From assembly GCA_030019215.1 (NCBI GenBank), contig JASEEZ010000007.1, positions 2,521 to 66,520 on the forward strand: DNA of 64,000 bases. The letters run 5' to 3'. This stretch comes from Actinomycetota bacterium (GTDB taxonomy: Bacteria; Actinomycetota; Aquicultoria; Subteraquimicrobiales; UBA9087). The number at the start of each line of letters is the position of its first letter. The stretch's first letter is position 1. The position numbers and the translations under genes were made by a program. Positions 39,547 through 48,431 of the stretch are shown here, one piece after another. The notes under the pieces are model-generated. The model was not told where the DNA came from and made no database searches. It was given only the letters and a program-made list of their open reading frames with translations.

Positions 39547-39626
39547 CTTAGCGGATAGCTGATGGCAGATGGCTTTTACTATCAGCTATCGAGCGAACGA
39601 GCCATAAACCATTAGCTGATTTCTCC
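39547..39626. repeat. Heptamer array downstream of tRNA-Pro
   Basis: gatagct gatggca gatggct ... tcagcta tcgagcg aacgagc cataaac cattagc. It shares words with 32648-32865. Confidence 0.8.
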
Positions 39627-40553
39627 TTGCTCTGGTATAATACCTCTGTCTTTTTGTCCCCGAGACCGTTCAGAGGTATGATAATGGAGCCAAGGGTTCA
39701 TCTTCGCAATTGTTTGTTGATCTTCATCACCCTTGCCTTTGCTTCCCTCATCATCTACTTTGCCGGGAATGTCCATATGTACTGGTTTCTCTACGCCGTT
39801 CCCCTGTTGATCGCCGCCGGTGCCTATGGGGTTTATGGAACTCTGGTGGTGGGGGGAGTAAGCGTGGGGCTGATAGCTTACTGGGTTTTGCAGGGCTTTT
39901 ATCCGGGAACGATTGCGCAGAGCCCCGTAAATCTGAAAGATGAGATACTTCTTGGCATGGGCACTTTCCTGGCCGCTGCTTTCATCCTCGGGTATCTCTC
40001 GGATAAGGGGAGAAAACAAAGGACGATGCTCGAGCGTCTTTCCATCCACGATAGTTTGACCGGTCTCCACAATTACGGCTACTTCACGGGTACCCTTCGG
40101 GATGAGATCAAGAGAGCCGAAAGATACGAGACGCCTCTCTCCTTCATCATGATGGATATAGACTATTTCAAAGAATACAACGATATCTTCGGGCATGAGA
40201 AGGGCAACAAGGTCCTGAAGAGAATTGCTCAGGTTTTAGTCAAGGGCGTGAGGGAGATAGACACCGTGGCCCGCTATGGGGGAGAGGAGTTTGCGATAGT
40301 TCTGCCCAGTGTGGGAAAGAAGGAGGCGGTTCTGGTGGCCGAGCGTCTTCGTGAAAAGGTGGCGACTCTGGAGTTCGAGGGAGATAAGGATCATCCGGTT
40401 GTCAAGAGGACCATCAGTGCCGGGGTGGCTTCCTATCCCCGGGATGCCAAGAGTGATACGGAGCTGATTGTTGTGGCTGACCATGCCCTTTATCTGGCTA
40501 AGAGGGAAGGCAGGAACAAGGTTTGTGGTTATGAGGCGGCCAAACAAGCATAA
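39627..40553 (+). CDS. Membrane-anchored diguanylate cyclase (GGDEF)
   Basis: N-terminal TM segments, RYGGEEF active-site motif, HDSLTGLHN. Confidence 0.85.
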   Translation: MLWYNTSVFLSPRPFRGMIMEPRVHLRNCLLIFITLAFASLIIYFAGNVHMYWFLYAVPLLIAAGAYGVYGTLVVGGVSVGLIAYWVLQGFYPGTIAQSPVNLKDEILLGMGTFLAAAFILGYLSDKGRKQRTMLERLSIHDSLTGLHNYGYFTGTLRDEIKRAERYETPLSFIMMDIDYFKEYNDIFGHEKGNKVLKRIAQVLVKGVREIDTVARYGGEEFAIVLPSVGKKEAVLVAERLREKVATLEFEGDKDHPVVKRTISAGVASYPRDAKSDTELIVVADHALYLAKREGRNKVCGYEAAKQA

Positions 40554-40743
40554 ATCGTTCAGAGAATTTTTGAGAAAAAGAAGGGGAAAAGAGGTTTATT
40601 GGAGAATAGCAAAACGATAATTAATCCTTATGCAGTTTAAGATGGCTTTTATGGGGGCGGTCGCGGCCCTTAAATTTAAATAGTATTGCGTCATTATTCA
40701 CAATCTTGGTAGGAAGAGTGATATAATTTCTGGGGTAATCTCG

Positions 40744-41247
40744 ATGATTTTACCTTACAAGACTTTAAAAACGGCCATCTTTCTCTGGTTTTTCTGGGTG
40801 GCGCTCACCTCGAGTTGGGGTGCGTTTAATCTTCTGCTGGGGGCGGCTTGCTGCTTGGTCGTCGCCGTGTTTGCTCATCGACTGTTGCGGGAACAACTCG
40901 TCGGAAGGTCGTGGACGCTGCGCACCCTGGCCAGGATGTTGTTTTACATACCGGCCTTGGCTTTTGAGATAGTCAAGGCGAATGTGGATGTGGCTTCCCG
41001 CGTTCTTTCCCCCAGTCTCCCCATAAATCCGGCGATCATAAAGTTCAGGCCCCATCTGTCCGATAGCGTTCCCCGGACGGTTTTGGCCAACTCCATCACC
41101 CTCACCCCGGGTACGCTGACGGTGGACATCGATGAAGAGGGCAACTATTACATCCACTGTTTGGCGGACAAGCATGCCGAAGATCTCCTGGCTGGCGGGC
41201 TTGAGAGGTCGGTTATCTGGATTTTTGAGGAGGAGAAAGCCCGTTGA
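40744..41247 (+). CDS. mrpE: Mrp/Mnh antiporter-type subunit E
   Basis: Size, two N-terminal TMs, position as first gene of the Mrp-like operon, ITLTPGTLTVDI motif. Confidence 0.7.
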   Translation: MILPYKTLKTAIFLWFFWVALTSSWGAFNLLLGAACCLVVAVFAHRLLREQLVGRSWTLRTLARMLFYIPALAFEIVKANVDVASRVLSPSLPINPAIIKFRPHLSDSVPRTVLANSITLTPGTLTVDIDEEGNYYIHCLADKHAEDLLAGGLERSVIWIFEEEKAR

Positions 41248-41513
41248 CTACCTTTTTTCTCGTTGCTAGCCTGATCATCGTGGCCAACGCCTTTATCTGC
41301 CTTTACCGGGCGGTTAAGGGACCCACTCTTCCCGACAGGATATTAGCGGTGAACGTCGTGGGGAGTAAGACGCTGGTGGTGTTGGTCCTCATAGCTTATG
41401 TTTTTGGGCAGAGCATGTATCTTGATACTGCCTTCATATACGGTCTTTTGCTTTTCGTGGTCACCGTTGCTACAGCCAGGTATCTGGAGACGGGGGGGTT
41501 GATCGGTGTTTGA
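41244..41513 (+). CDS. mrpF: Mrp/Mnh subunit F
   Basis: 89 aa, three TMs, overlaps its neighbours. Confidence 0.7.
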   Translation: MTTFFLVASLIIVANAFICLYRAVKGPTLPDRILAVNVVGSKTLVVLVLIAYVFGQSMYLDTAFIYGLLLFVVTVATARYLETGGLIGV

Positions 41514-41859
41514 AATAGTTTTGAACTCCATCACCATAATCCTTTGTTGTATAGGTATCTTCTTCTTTGTGGTGGGGACGGTGGGCCTTCTTCGCCTCCC
41601 TGATGCCTTTAGCCGACTCCATGCCACCACGAAGTGTGATACCCTTGGGGCTGGTTCGATTCTGGTTGGTCTGGCCGTCTATGAGCGGGGGAATTTCGAT
41701 TCGGCCAAGCTCCTCATATTAGCTTTCTTGGTATTGGTGACGAGTTCCACGACCGGACACGCGCTGGCCCGAGCCGCTTTCAAAGCGGGCCTGAAGCCCT
41801 GGCGCAAGGAACAGCCATCTTTTCCGGAGGAGGGGAGCGAAGGTGCTGTGGAGGCTTGA
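41506..41859 (+). CDS. mrpG: Mrp/Mnh subunit G
   Basis: LLRLPDAFSRLHATTKCDTLG motif. Confidence 0.8.
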   Translation: MFEIVLNSITIILCCIGIFFFVVGTVGLLRLPDAFSRLHATTKCDTLGAGSILVGLAVYERGNFDSAKLLILAFLVLVTSSTTGHALARAAFKAGLKPWRKEQPSFPEEGSEGAVEA

Positions 41860-42085
41860 CATCATCCTCTTGTTGTTTTTGGTGGCCACGGCTCTGGGCG
41901 TTTACGTGACCAAAGATCTCATGGCTGCCTCCATCATCTTTTCGGCTTACAGTTTGACGATGGCCATAGTCTGGCAGCAGCTCAGTGCGCCCGACCTGGC
42001 CTTGACCGAGGCAGCTGTGGGGGCCGGGGTTACGACGGTTCTTTTCCTCATAACCATAAGTAAGACGGTGCGGAGGGAGGATTAG
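41843..42085 (+). CDS. DUF4040/MbhD-like small membrane subunit (MrpA C-terminal / MrpB-associated domain)
   Basis: 80 aa, three TMs, APDLALTEAAVGAG motif. Confidence 0.6.
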   Translation: MLWRLDIILLLFLVATALGVYVTKDLMAASIIFSAYSLTMAIVWQQLSAPDLALTEAAVGAGVTTVLFLITISKTVRRED

Positions 42086-42819
42086 TGAGAAAATTCCTGA
42101 TCTTTCTGTGCCTGGCGATTTGCTGGGTGGTTTTCCTCTCCGCTGTTGTGGAGATGCCCCCCTTTGGCGATCCCGCTAATATAACCAACAGGCATGTGGT
42201 CCCCCGTTATCTAGAGGAGGGGGTTGAAGAGGGAGGTGCTTCCAATATCGTCACGGGGATCATCCTAAATTACAGGGGATACGACACGATGGGGGAGGTG
42301 ACGGTGATATTCACTGCCCTCGCCGGGGTTCTGGCCGTTCTCAAGAGGGAGGACGTTAAGACCAGCACGACGATGGTGGCCACCTCGCCCGTCGGGCCCA
42401 GCCTCATCGTGACCACCGTTGTAAAGTTGCTCATTCCCTTCATCGTGCTTTTTGCGGTCTATACGATTCTCCATGGGGATGTATCGCCGGGTGGCGGTTT
42501 TCAGGGCGGGGCCGTTTTTGGAGCAAGCATGATACACTACACTTTGATTTTTGGACTGCTGACTTACATGCGAAAGATACGCCTTGCCGTGAAGGTTCCT
42601 CTGGAAAGCGCGGCCATCCTCTCCTTTGCCATAGCGGGTTTCATCGGTCTTTTCTTCGGGCAGAAATTCCTGACTTTTCTGATGCCGGCCCTTTCGCACG
42701 AGGCACAGTACCTCCTTCGCCATGCGATGTTGTTGTTGATAGAAGTGGGCATCGGCGTGGCCACGGGGATAATATTTGGTTCGATATTCGCCTCTCTGGA
42801 AAAGGTGGAGCGGATATGA
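42085..42819 (+). CDS. mrpB: Mrp/Mnh subunit B-like
   Basis: NIVTGIILNYRGYDTMGEVTVIF motif. Confidence 0.7.
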   Translation: MRKFLIFLCLAICWVVFLSAVVEMPPFGDPANITNRHVVPRYLEEGVEEGGASNIVTGIILNYRGYDTMGEVTVIFTALAGVLAVLKREDVKTSTTMVATSPVGPSLIVTTVVKLLIPFIVLFAVYTILHGDVSPGGGFQGGAVFGASMIHYTLIFGLLTYMRKIRLAVKVPLESAAILSFAIAGFIGLFFGQKFLTFLMPALSHEAQYLLRHAMLLLIEVGIGVATGIIFGSIFASLEKVERI

Positions 42820-43181
42820 TAGTTCAGAAGCTGGGGGCAAACTTCAATTATGTCATCGCCACCTTGCTTTTTTGCATCGGTCTTTTCACCGTCATAACCA
42901 AGCCCAATTTGATCAAGAAGTTCATGGGCTTAAACATCATGGAGGCCTCGGTTTTCCTCTTCATCGTCTCCGTTGGTGCGGTGAGAGAGGGAAGCGCCCC
43001 CATAGTTGTCAAGGGCATGGAGAAAGGCGTTCAGTTTGTGAATCCTCTTCCCCAGGCCCTGATACTCACGGGCATTGTGGTTGCCGTGAGCACAACCGCT
43101 CTGGCTCTGGCACTGATGATCAAGCTTTACGAGCAGTGCGGAACCCTTGATGCCGATGAATTGAAGGGAATGGAGGAATAG
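42816..43181 (+). CDS. mrpC: Mrp/Mnh subunit C (NuoK-like)
   Basis: 121 aa, three TMs, LNIMEASVFLF and LTGIVVAVSTTALALAL. Confidence 0.8.
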   Translation: MIVQKLGANFNYVIATLLFCIGLFTVITKPNLIKKFMGLNIMEASVFLFIVSVGAVREGSAPIVVKGMEKGVQFVNPLPQALILTGIVVAVSTTALALALMIKLYEQCGTLDADELKGMEE

Positions 43182-43182
43182 A

Positions 43183-44664
43183 TTGGCTGGCGTTTCTGGG
43201 CATTTTCCCATCTTGATCGTGGTGGTCCCCCTGGTGGGGGCGGCTTTAACTCCCTTGATCGGGCACTGGAGGAGAAGGCTCTGCATGCCCTGGGCTGCTT
43301 TGGTGATGCTCTTTACCTTCGCGATGACGGCCTTCCTCGGCGTCCGCCTCTCCCTTCATGGCCCCATCGGTTACCATTTGGGAAGTTGGGAGCCGCCCTT
43401 CGGGATAGAGATCTACTTCGATTACGTCGCCGCTCTGACCTTCGTCATAGCCCTTTTTGGTTTTCTCGTGATTATCTTCTCCAAGAGGTATGTGGAAAAG
43501 GAGTTGGAGGAGGCCAAGATATCAACCTATTACACTCTGATCCTCCTCATCCTGGCCGGGATGATCGGTTTTGTGGTCACGGGGGATATGTTCAATCTCT
43601 TCGTCTTCCTGGAGATAATTTCCCTTAGCGGTTATGCCCTCATCGCCATCGGTGGGGAAAAACTCACGGCCATGGCCGCTTTCAAATATCTTCTGGTGGG
43701 GGCGATATCATCTTTGTGTGTGCTTCTGGGGGTAGCCTTCCTTTATTCGATAACGGGCACGCTGAACATGAGAGATATATCCCACATGTTGACCTTGACC
43801 GACGCGACCAGGGTAGCCAGTGTGGCCCTCGCCCTTTTCATAGTGGGTTTCGCCGTGAAGGCAGCCATGTTTCCCCTGCACATCTGGCTTCCGGATGCCC
43901 ACGCTCTGGCCCCCTCACCGGTCAGCGCCCTCCTTTCCGGTCTAGTTGTGAAGACCGGCATAGTGGGCATGATAAGGGTGCTCTTCAACGTTTACAGGAT
44001 CAATGGACCTCTGAATTACGGCCCGGTTCTCAATATCATGGCCTGGCTGGCCGGAATAACCATAATCCTCGGGGCATTCTTTGCCTTCTTCCAGAATGAT
44101 ATCAAGATGATGTTTGCCTACTCCACAATCTCCAATATAGGCTATATCGTTATGGGTTTGAGTCTGGCTTCCTATTTCGGCATCGTTGGTGGTCTAATTC
44201 ACGTCTTCAACCATGCATTGATAAAGACCACCCTCTTCCTCTGCGCCGGAGCGATTATCTACAAGACTGGTTATCGCAAGTTGGCCGATCTCCAGGGAAT
44301 TGGGAAAAAGATGCCCATCACCATGGGGGCGATTGTCATAGCTGCTGTTTCCATAGTGGGAATTCCACCCACCGCCGGATTCATCTGTAAATGGTTCATT
44401 ATTTTAGGGGCGATCGAGGCCGGCAAACCAGTTCTGGCGGGGATGCTCCTTCTCGGGAGCCTGTTTATCGTCGCCTACTATGTCAAGATAATAAACGCGG
44501 CTTTCTTCAGGGAACCTGTGCATGAAATCACCGAGGTTGATGAAGCTCCGGCTTCCATGCTTATTCCCATCGTGATACTGGCCATCGGTTGCTTGCTCAT
44601 GGGCGTCTTTGCCTACGCTCCCTTGGCATTCATAAGACCGGCGGTGACGGGATTTCTGAGATAG
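43183..44664 (+). CDS. mrpD: MrpD/NuoN-like antiporter subunit, paralogue 1
   Basis: WLPDAHALAPSPVSALLSG and HVFNHALIKTTLFL motifs. Confidence 0.85.
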   Translation: MAGVSGHFPILIVVVPLVGAALTPLIGHWRRRLCMPWAALVMLFTFAMTAFLGVRLSLHGPIGYHLGSWEPPFGIEIYFDYVAALTFVIALFGFLVIIFSKRYVEKELEEAKISTYYTLILLILAGMIGFVVTGDMFNLFVFLEIISLSGYALIAIGGEKLTAMAAFKYLLVGAISSLCVLLGVAFLYSITGTLNMRDISHMLTLTDATRVASVALALFIVGFAVKAAMFPLHIWLPDAHALAPSPVSALLSGLVVKTGIVGMIRVLFNVYRINGPLNYGPVLNIMAWLAGITIILGAFFAFFQNDIKMMFAYSTISNIGYIVMGLSLASYFGIVGGLIHVFNHALIKTTLFLCAGAIIYKTGYRKLADLQGIGKKMPITMGAIVIAAVSIVGIPPTAGFICKWFIILGAIEAGKPVLAGMLLLGSLFIVAYYVKIINAAFFREPVHEITEVDEAPASMLIPIVILAIGCLLMGVFAYAPLAFIRPAVTGFLR

Positions 44665-44673
44665 GAGGATGTA

Positions 44674-46173
44674 ATGGAGGTTTATGATATAAGACCCCTT
44701 TTGGCGCCACTGATCTCCCTGGTGTGCGCGGTTCTCATTTTCTGGCTGGGGGACAACACTTTTCTGCGGAGGTTGTTCAGTATCTCCTCCAGCGTGCTAA
44801 AGTGGATGATAGTCATGTCCATGTTCCCGGCCTCTCTTAGGGGAGTAGTCTACGTCACTGAGCTACTTCCCTTCGCTCGGGGTATAGGGTTTATCTTGCG
44901 GGTCGATGCCCTGGGGATGTTCTTCGCCGTGCTGTCTTCCACTTTGTGGATCATAACCACGGTCTACGCCATTGGATACATGGAGGGAGAGCACGCCCGG
45001 AAGAGATTCTTTGCCTTCTTTGCCATTTGTGTGTCCACCACGGTGGGTGTGGCCTTTGCCGGCAATCTCTTCACCCTGTTCGTCTTCTATGAGATGCTTA
45101 CGATCGCCACTTATCCTTTGGTCATACACGAGGAAACTCCCGATGCCATGAAAGCGGGTAGAAAGTACCTCGTCTACACCCTGACGGGAGGCAGTCTGAT
45201 ACTCTTTGCCACGGCTATGACCTTCTATTTGGCTGGGACTGTCACCTTGAGTGAGAACGGGATACTTTCCCTTCAACACGGTGTCAACACCCTCTTCTTC
45301 CTTTTTGTCCTGTTCATTATGGGCTTCGGGGTCAAGGCGGCGATAATGCCCCTCCATGGATGGTTGCCCAGTGCCATGGTCGCCCCGACTCCGGTGAGCG
45401 CCCTTCTCCACGCCGTCGCTGTGGTCAAGGCCGGGGTCTTCGGTATTACACGGATTGTTTACAATGTCTTCGGGTTCCATTTAATAAAACAACTCGTCGT
45501 TCACTTTTCGGGGGTTGCCATCTCCGCTGGTAGTTTGCTGGCCCTGGCGGCGGCGATAACCATCATCGGCGGCTCTTTGATGGCTCTTTTGCAGGACGAT
45601 TTCAAAAAGAGGCTGGCCTATTCAACGATAAGTCAGTTATCCTATATCGTTCTGGGGGTGGCCCTGCTCGCACCAAGCGGGGCGATGGGTGGCATAGTGC
45701 ACCTCGCCAACCAGGCATTCATGAAGATCACCATGTTCTTTGTGGCCGGGGCCATCGCCAAAAAGACCGGGAAGAAATACATTAGCCAGCTCCACGGTAT
45801 CGGATTCAAGATGCCCATAACCCTGGCCACTTTCACGGTGGCCTCTCTGGGGATGATTGGGCTCCCCCCACTGGCTGGTTTCATAACCAAGTGGTATATA
45901 TGTCTTGGAGCTCTTGAGGCCAAGCAAGCTGTTTTTGTCGCAATCATGCTCATCAGTTCATTTTTGAATGCGGCCTATTTCCTGCCCATAGTCTACCGGG
46001 GCTATTTCGTCAAGCCGGTTGACGGGGATACGGCTGTTAGTGAGGCTCACTGGACGCTGTTGGCGCCCTGCATCATCTGTGCCCTCTACGTCATTGCCCT
46101 GGGTTTATTCGCCGATCTTCCCTTCGTACCACTGGCTCTGGCGCGGGAGGCAATGACTACTTTTCTGAGATGA
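44674..46173 (+). CDS. mrpD: MrpD/NuoM-like antiporter subunit, paralogue 2
   Basis: WLPSAMVAPTPVSALLHA and HLANQAFMKITMFF. Confidence 0.85.
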   Translation: MEVYDIRPLLAPLISLVCAVLIFWLGDNTFLRRLFSISSSVLKWMIVMSMFPASLRGVVYVTELLPFARGIGFILRVDALGMFFAVLSSTLWIITTVYAIGYMEGEHARKRFFAFFAICVSTTVGVAFAGNLFTLFVFYEMLTIATYPLVIHEETPDAMKAGRKYLVYTLTGGSLILFATAMTFYLAGTVTLSENGILSLQHGVNTLFFLFVLFIMGFGVKAAIMPLHGWLPSAMVAPTPVSALLHAVAVVKAGVFGITRIVYNVFGFHLIKQLVVHFSGVAISAGSLLALAAAITIIGGSLMALLQDDFKKRLAYSTISQLSYIVLGVALLAPSGAMGGIVHLANQAFMKITMFFVAGAIAKKTGKKYISQLHGIGFKMPITLATFTVASLGMIGLPPLAGFITKWYICLGALEAKQAVFVAIMLISSFLNAAYFLPIVYRGYFVKPVDGDTAVSEAHWTLLAPCIICALYVIALGLFADLPFVPLALAREAMTTFLR

Positions 46174-46204
46174 GAGTCGATCGTTTGACTGGGAGGCGAG
46201 AGTC

Positions 46205-47731
46205 ATGATTAAAGAAGTGGTCTCGGTATTGCCCGTTCTGGTGGTGGGCATCCCCCTTGCCTTTACCATCGCTATCTTTGCGATCGGGAGCGGGGCCGAT
46301 GCACTGCGGAACAGGTTGAGTGTCCTGTGTGTTGCTCTGACTTTCCTGGTTACACTCTTGATGCTTCCCGATTCCCTGAAAGGGACGGTCTTCATCTACA
46401 AGCTGATGGTGATAATCCCCGGAATCTGGTTCTACTTCAGGGTTGATCAACTTGGCTTGCTCTATGCCGTAACCGCTACGGCACTCTGGCTTTTGGCCAC
46501 GGTATCCTCCGTGGGCTATATGGAGGGAGAACATGCCAAAAGGCGTTACTTCTGTTTTCTGTTGCTCTGCCTGGCCTGGACGGTTGGCGTCACCTTAGCT
46601 GGCAATCTGTTCACGCTGTTCATTTTCTATGAGCTCTTCTCTATCTCTACGTATCCGTTGATCGTTCACGAAGAGACACCGGAGGCGTTGGCGGCGGGCA
46701 AGAAGTACATGATCTATATCTTGCTCGGGGCAGCTTTCGTCCTCTTCTCCGTGGTGTACACCTACTTTTTGGCTGGCTCCATGGATTTTGTCGAGGGGGG
46801 TATAATGTCGATGAAGCTGGGAAAGACGGCTTTGACTGTCCTCTTCTGGAGTTTCGTCTTGGGCTTCGGGGTCAAGGCGGCGATAATGCCCCTTCACGGT
46901 TGGGTCCCGGATGCTCACCCGATCGCCCCCTCACCCTTTAGCGCCATCCTCTCGGGGATCATGGTGGCCGTTGGCGCTTTCGGGATCATGCGGGGTATGT
47001 TCAGCATAATCGGCGCACACATCGTGGGTGAGTTGGGGGTGGGAATGCCCCTGGCCTACATAATTTGTTTCACCATCATCATCTCTTCAATAATTGCCCT
47101 CACCCAGGATAATCTAAAGAGGAGGTTGGCTTATTCCACCATTGGCCAGATGGGCTACATAATCTTGGGCATCGCCCTGCTTACTCCCTATGGTCTCTGG
47201 GGAGGAATGATCCACGTCGCCAACCATGCTTTCATGAAGGGAACACTCTTTCTCTGTGCGGGTACGATCATAAAACGGTTGGGTTTGAGGAATATCAGCG
47301 AGATGAGAGGCATCGCCAAGAAACTCCCCTGGACGATGGGAGCGTTCACCGTGGCCGCTCTGGGGATGATCGGTCTTCCGCCGACGGCCGGTTTCATAAG
47401 CAAGTGGTATCTTTGCCTGGGTTCGCTCGAGGTGGAGAAGCTGATCTTCGTGATCGTTTTGCTCATAAGCTCTCTCTTGGGCGCAGCCTATTTCCTGCCC
47501 ATCGTTTACACCGCCTTTTTCCAAAAACCTCTCGAGGAGATGATCGCCGAGGGGACGGGCGAGGCACATGCGGAGGAAGCCCCGCCGGCGGGGGAAAGGG
47601 AGGCTCCCTGGAGCCTGCTTGCTCCTGTTCTCGCGGGAGCCCTTGGTGTTATAATTTTGGGTATATGCGCTGAGGTCCATGGCTTGCCTCTCTCGGCAGC
47701 CAGGTTCGCTACTCAATGGTTTCTGAGGTGA
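46205..47731 (+). CDS. mrpD: MrpD/NuoM-like antiporter subunit, paralogue 3
   Basis: WVPDAHPIAPSPFSAILSG and HVANHAFMKGTLFL. Confidence 0.85.
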   Translation: MIKEVVSVLPVLVVGIPLAFTIAIFAIGSGADALRNRLSVLCVALTFLVTLLMLPDSLKGTVFIYKLMVIIPGIWFYFRVDQLGLLYAVTATALWLLATVSSVGYMEGEHAKRRYFCFLLLCLAWTVGVTLAGNLFTLFIFYELFSISTYPLIVHEETPEALAAGKKYMIYILLGAAFVLFSVVYTYFLAGSMDFVEGGIMSMKLGKTALTVLFWSFVLGFGVKAAIMPLHGWVPDAHPIAPSPFSAILSGIMVAVGAFGIMRGMFSIIGAHIVGELGVGMPLAYIICFTIIISSIIALTQDNLKRRLAYSTIGQMGYIILGIALLTPYGLWGGMIHVANHAFMKGTLFLCAGTIIKRLGLRNISEMRGIAKKLPWTMGAFTVAALGMIGLPPTAGFISKWYLCLGSLEVEKLIFVIVLLISSLLGAAYFLPIVYTAFFQKPLEEMIAEGTGEAHAEEAPPAGEREAPWSLLAPVLAGALGVIILGICAEVHGLPLSAARFATQWFLR

Positions 47732-48373
47732 GTGTGGGTGGGTGATCTTTCTCGAAGGAAGCTTTCAAGGAGGGTCGATCAAAGATTGACCCGATGGGGA
47801 TTGGTTTTAATTCTGGCCGTTTTGGTGATCTTTAACGTTACTTTCTTCGCTTTTGCGGTGGAGGAGGCCCATGTTAAGCATGAGGCGCAGCACATTGAGC
47901 ACGAATTGGAACACGCGGAACATGAGGAACATGAAGCCGAGCACGGGGCCGCTCCCTGGCCCTATTATCTGCAATGGGGTTTGCTTTTGTTCACATTTGG
48001 GGTTGGCCTGAACTACGCGCTGAGGGTCCGCAGGTTGAGGAAGTTGGAGAAAAAACCGGATGCCTTGAAGTTGGCGGCCGAGAAATTGCGAGAGACCATC
48101 CCCAAGAAGATCGTTGAATGGATGCCCCCCACCCTAAGACCAATACTCATACCGAAACACGAAGGGTTGGCCTATCTATTCACCGCTCTTGTGGTTGTTA
48201 TTTTTGCTCTGGGTTATCACCCTTCGATGGAGGGTTATCACGAACCCCCCATTTTGGTTCTTCCGAAGTTTATCCTTCTGGGTGTAAGCGGTCTTTTAGT
48301 CATGCTCTACGGTGTCCTCGGTAGGCTTGCTCACGAGGAACACGGAGGACACGCCCCCGTTCGGGGACATTAA
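47732..48373 (+). CDS. Hypothetical His/Glu-rich membrane protein embedded in the Mrp-like operon
   Basis: 213-aa ORF, about four TMs, HVKHEAQHIEHELEHAEHEEHEAEHG stretch, C-terminal HEEHGGHAPVRGH. Confidence 0.5.
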   Translation: MWVGDLSRRKLSRRVDQRLTRWGLVLILAVLVIFNVTFFAFAVEEAHVKHEAQHIEHELEHAEHEEHEAEHGAAPWPYYLQWGLLLFTFGVGLNYALRVRRLRKLEKKPDALKLAAEKLRETIPKKIVEWMPPTLRPILIPKHEGLAYLFTALVVVIFALGYHPSMEGYHEPPILVLPKFILLGVSGLLVMLYGVLGRLAHEEHGGHAPVRGH

Positions 48374-48431
48374 GCGATTTCGAACGTTAACTTTAATGGG
48401 ATTTGTCCTTTACTGAAGGAGAAATTTTCGA

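Noticed and set aside
42265-47716. Several 100-200-aa minus-strand ORFs across the Mrp operon
   Set aside because: They are antisense to membrane-subunit genes with clear NuoL/M/N motifs. Their translations are charged and low-complexity.
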